Shown here: positions 44,065 through 47,068 of the stretch, in pieces | Layout: each line of letters opens with the position of its first letter | Position numbering within the stretch: the stretch's first letter is position 1 | Origin: a virus | Strand: one strand, 5' to 3' | Virus record (IMG/VR): IMGVR_UViG_3300047408_000023 | Location: 1-47,068 of that record | DNA: 47,068 nt | The notes under the pieces: generated by a model | What the model was told of the DNA's origin: nothing | Database searches by the model: none | Seen by the model: only the letters and a program-made list of their open reading frames with translations | Translations under genes and position numbers: made by a program

Positions 44065-44273
44065 TGGTAATGGTTCTCTACAATGACGGTAAGCAGAAGG
44101 CTACAGCCTATCATCTTATCTGTCAGTTCTGTGGTGATGAGAATCTAGAACCTGCTAACGGGACTGGCTACCTACACATAGAGGAAACTGTGGTGTTCTG
44201 TAACTGCTGTGGAAAGTCTGGACACCCTAAGCTGATAGACTATTCTATGAGGCAGGGAAGGGACTCTAACTAA
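44064..44273 (+). CDS. zinc-ribbon protein
   Basis: CQFCGDE...CNCCGKSGH. Confidence 0.55.
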   Translation: MVMVLYNDGKQKATAYHLICQFCGDENLEPANGTGYLHIEETVVFCNCCGKSGHPKLIDYSMRQGRDSN

Positions 44274-44464
44274 TGGCCCGGCTCAGAACTATAGAGGATA
44301 TGTTTGAGAAGATTGGTGTAGGATTACACCGTGATAATCTCCTGATAGAGATAGGCCATGCTGAGTATGATAACGATTACTCACGGGCTAGACTAGTTGG
44401 TCTAAAGAAAGCCTTGGCTACTAAGAACATAACAAACAGGACAACAAATGTCGAACGAACCTAA
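44273..44464 (+). CDS. hypothetical protein
   Basis: ORF coupled by TAATG. Confidence 0.55.
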   Translation: MARLRTIEDMFEKIGVGLHRDNLLIEIGHAEYDNDYSRARLVGLKKALATKNITNRTTNVERT

Positions 44465-45422
44465 CGAGACTGAACCAAACCAAGCTGAACAAAAGAAACA
44501 AATCATAGTCATTGATGCGTCACAGCTTAATACTCTACAGAGTTGTGACATGATGATGCGCTATCAGTATCTCCTGAATCTACGCCCGGCCCAGAAAGCT
44601 GAGGCATTGGAGAAGGGTAGCTTAGGCCATGTGATTATCGAGGCATACTACAGAGCTAAGAGACTCAAGCGTTTGGGTAAGTTGGACCTGAGTCTGGCTG
44701 AGATAGTAGATAAGTCCTGCCAAGTCGGGGCCGTCGTCGCTCCCACTCTGCAAATGGATATGTCCGTATCCATGAATATCATCTCGAATTGCAGAGACTA
44801 CATGCTTCACTATAATTCTGATGGATGGGAACCACTCTTTGTTGAGATGGGATTCTCCAAGATTATATATGAGGATGAGGATTTCGTATTTGTATATGAG
44901 GGTAAGGTTGATTTGGTTACTGAAGTTGCTGGCGGTAATGTGCCAGAGGCTATCGTAGACCACAAGTTTACATCTCGTAGTAAGAATCCACATCCTCTGA
45001 ATAATCAGTTCATCGGATACTGTTGGGCATTGGATAAGAGGACAGTAGTTAAGAATGAGATTGGATTCCAGACTAGCTACGGCCCGAAGGATAGATTCAA
45101 ACGCTTTGTTATCTCATATAACCTGTCTAACATAGAGGAGTGGCAGCAGAATACTATCGGATGGATTAAGAGATTCATCCTGTCCTATCACATGGACCAG
45201 TATCTTATGAACTTCACCTCATGTGATAAGTGGAGTGGATGTCAGTTCACAGAGTTGTGTTACTGCACGCCTGATGCTAGACAGTGGAAGATGGATACTA
45301 AGTATGTGAAGGGAGAGAAGTGGAGTCCAGTTAAGAGAAGCGTAGACCAAGATGCTAATCCATTTGATGTTCTCAATGGTATCGTAGACTTGGAGAAACC
45401 AGATGCTGACGTGGTTAGTTAA
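44448..45422 (+). CDS. PD-(D/E)XK nuclease, Cas4/RecB-like, with Fe-S Cys cluster
   Basis: GKVDLV...IVDHKF (D...DxK), QFIGY (QxxxY). N-terminal Cys (QSCD) plus C-terminal CDKWSGCQFTELCYC. Confidence 0.6.
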   Translation: MSNEPNETEPNQAEQKKQIIVIDASQLNTLQSCDMMMRYQYLLNLRPAQKAEALEKGSLGHVIIEAYYRAKRLKRLGKLDLSLAEIVDKSCQVGAVVAPTLQMDMSVSMNIISNCRDYMLHYNSDGWEPLFVEMGFSKIIYEDEDFVFVYEGKVDLVTEVAGGNVPEAIVDHKFTSRSKNPHPLNNQFIGYCWALDKRTVVKNEIGFQTSYGPKDRFKRFVISYNLSNIEEWQQNTIGWIKRFILSYHMDQYLMNFTSCDKWSGCQFTELCYCTPDARQWKMDTKYVKGEKWSPVKRSVDQDANPFDVLNGIVDLEKPDADVVS

Positions 45423-45509
45423 TCTGCTCAGATACTTTCTTGAGATTAGACCAGTGACTAAGCATGACCAGTATGTATCTCTGGAGAGTCTGCGGAAGCG
45501 AGGACACCG

Positions 45510-45677
45510 ATGAATGTTAGACTTGTGCTAAGTGATACTAGCCAATGGTTCCCTGATGGAGCCGAGCCTCATGTATTGAGGATAGTAGAATCTCAGATTG
45601 ATACTGAGAAACAGGAAGTAATCCTGACAGTTAAGATTGTAACTCTGAAAGTGCAGGTGCTTGGTGAAACTATCTGA
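45510..45677 (+). CDS. 55-aa hypothetical protein (below the ORF-track cutoff)
   Basis: GAGGA 6 nt upstream of the ATG. MNVRLVLSDTSQWFPDGAEPHVLRIVESQIDTEKQEVILTVKIVTLKVQVLGETI. Confidence 0.45.
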   Translation: MNVRLVLSDTSQWFPDGAEPHVLRIVESQIDTEKQEVILTVKIVTLKVQVLGETI

Positions 45678-46527
45678 TGTCGTAATCGGTAAGCGAATCT
45701 TCATGGGGTTGAAGTCTGACCCCGGCGCCGGTAAAACCATACAGGCTGCTAGCTTTGCTATGGGTGGCGATACATATGTATTCGATTGTGATAATCGGAT
45801 GGCACCTGTCATTCTATTTCATAGTCGGCAACCATATGCAAAGCGTATCAGCTTCGATACTTATCATCGTAACTATCCTCGGTTTGCTGCCAAGCTAGAG
45901 GAAATGTATAAGTCCTGTCCCTATGATACCATCATCATTGATAGCCTGACTGCACTGGCTGATATGATTATGCTTCAGAGTATCATGACGGCAGGGACTA
46001 CACTATCTGATGCAGACAAAGACCGTAAGAGTAAGATGATAGGCGGCGTCAAGCTGGCAGGTATCGAAGACTTCCTTATGGAAGATGGAGCACTGACTCA
46101 AGTCTTTGATGCATTGCGTGGCCTGAAGTGTAATGTAATCCTCACTGCCCACGTAGTAGAGACTAAGAGTTCAGACCTGAAGTCAAAGAAAGAAACTGTC
46201 AAGCGTAGTCTGTTGACTGGTGGTAAGAAACCTGCCGCTAAGATTCCAGTCTACTTTGATGAGTTCTACCATCTGTATGCCCGGCCCGGAATCTCAGGTG
46301 GCATGGAGTATATGGCATCCACTACCAACAGTGCTGATGATTGGGCTAAGACTGCACTGCCCCTGCCTGATGAACTTGACTTGACTCAGGATAAGAATAA
46401 CATCAGTCCTGAGAAGTTCCTGTATCCACAGTTGATGGCATACATCAATGACTACAAGGCTATGTTCAAAGAGAATGCTGTGGCACCTGAAGTAGTGGAG
46501 ACTGAACCCTCTCCATTCATGAGCTAA
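45661..46527 (+). CDS. AAA_24/Sak4-like RecA-fold ATPase (recombination)
   Basis: Walker A DPGAGKT, Walker B TIIIDSLT. TTG or GTG start at 45661 or 45664. Confidence 0.6.
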   Translation: MVKLSDVVIGKRIFMGLKSDPGAGKTIQAASFAMGGDTYVFDCDNRMAPVILFHSRQPYAKRISFDTYHRNYPRFAAKLEEMYKSCPYDTIIIDSLTALADMIMLQSIMTAGTTLSDADKDRKSKMIGGVKLAGIEDFLMEDGALTQVFDALRGLKCNVILTAHVVETKSSDLKSKKETVKRSLLTGGKKPAAKIPVYFDEFYHLYARPGISGGMEYMASTTNSADDWAKTALPLPDELDLTQDKNNISPEKFLYPQLMAYINDYKAMFKENAVAPEVVETEPSPFMS

Positions 46528-46529
46528 CC

Positions 46530-46799
46530 ATGATTATCAGACTGAGTATTATCCTTGATGGTGAAGACCTGAAGAATCCTACTGCTACTCTAGAGTATGA
46601 GGAATTCAAATGGACTACTGAGGGTAGACCACTGTGGCCTAGAGAAGTAAAGCTGATGAGCGCAGTGAATGATATCATTAAGGACTTCAATATAAACGAG
46701 AAGTCTCATAGACCCGGTGGAGAATCTAATGCCAATAGACAAGCCATACGCCTATCACAAGCCGAGCGCGAAAGGTCTGTATCAGATAAACCAGCTTAG
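46530..46799 (+). CDS. hypothetical protein
   Basis: ORF. The last ~70 nt overlap the next gene. Confidence 0.5.
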   Translation: MIIRLSIILDGEDLKNPTATLEYEEFKWTTEGRPLWPREVKLMSAVNDIIKDFNINEKSHRPGGESNANRQAIRLSQAERERSVSDKPA

Positions 46800-46953
46800 A
46801 GAAGCGTTCTCTGAGATGGAGAAACTGATTCAAGAAGTCTGTCCTGAGTCTAGACAGAGGGCGGTGGCTATCACTAACCTTGAGACTACGGCAATGTGGG
46901 CAATCAAGGCTGTAGTATTCAATGACCCTGACTCGGTAGCAGACATAGGATAG
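46729..46953 (+). CDS. hypothetical conserved-looking small protein
   Basis: ATG at 46729 after GGTGGAG; the track gives 46717. Translation ...RQRAVAITNLETTAMWAIKAVV... Confidence 0.55.
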   Translation: MPIDKPYAYHKPSAKGLYQINQLREAFSEMEKLIQEVCPESRQRAVAITNLETTAMWAIKAVVFNDPDSVADIG

Positions 46954-47068
46954 GACAATGATTATCACAGTTACACTTCTACTTCTATTAGCGGCGTTCG
47001 GTTGTATCATGGCCCATGTAATCAAGGGTCTGCCACTGTGGATAGGAGTATTACTGATGCTAATCGTC
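46942..47068. repeat. second copy of the 127-bp terminal repeat
   Basis: Identical to 1..127. Confidence 0.9.

Noticed and set aside
1-47068. Possibility of a reassigned stop codon (TAG or TGA recoding), as in some large gut phages.
   Set aside because: Under the standard code the genome is already densely tiled by long uninterrupted ORFs (up to 1310 aa) with coupled starts and stops. The anomaly seen is over-long ORFs with overlaps, the opposite of what recoding produces. The single tRNA has a CAT anticodon and is not a suppressor.

Overview
The window is a complete, circularly closed dsDNA tailed-phage genome. Bases 1..127 are identical to 46942..47068, so the unique length is 46,941 bp. 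There are three transcription blocks. (i) A rightward early/replication block runs 34.6-46.9 kb and continues across the junction to 5.5 kb. It holds many tiny Zn-ribbon ORFs, an SNF2 helicase, a Cas4-like PD-(D/E)XK nuclease, a Sak4/AAA_24-like ATPase, a DUF669-like SSB, a tRNA(CAT), a lipoprotein, a UDG-like::3'-5' exo::family-A DNA polymerase and a DUF3987-like P-loop protein. (ii) A leftward late/virion block runs 33.8 to 5.5 kb. It holds an HTH protein, a cold-shock-domain protein, TerL, portal, scaffold, major capsid, tail and fibre proteins, and four low-complexity putative internal/ejection proteins. (iii) A ~1.8 kb divergent control region (33.84-35.65 kb) is packed with repeats. I recognised no tape measure, sheath, integrase, RNA polymerase or endolysin, so a short-tailed, virulent phage using host sigma70-type promoters and Shine-Dalgarno sites is likely. 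The standard genetic code fits. The most unusual content is a tightly coupled four-gene cassette inside the fibre module (12.5-16.2 kb). It encodes a fibre-like protein whose C-terminal ~210 aa carry ~39 His-Xaa-Asp triplets with roughly 5-residue periodicity. This is followed by a radical SAM/SPASM enzyme, a Cys-rich::class-I methyltransferase fusion and a small GNAT-like protein. That layout looks like a RiPP-style maturation system acting on a virion structural protein. Other notable items are a phage-encoded PEP-CTERM secreted protein, a GTGTCC-N8-GGACAC operator-like palindrome family, an AGTCT iteron array, an ori-like repeat region, a strongly over-represented CCGGCGC word, a 58-aa poly-Asp protein and several long same-strand gene overlaps. 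All functional calls rest on motif recognition by eye; no database search was possible.
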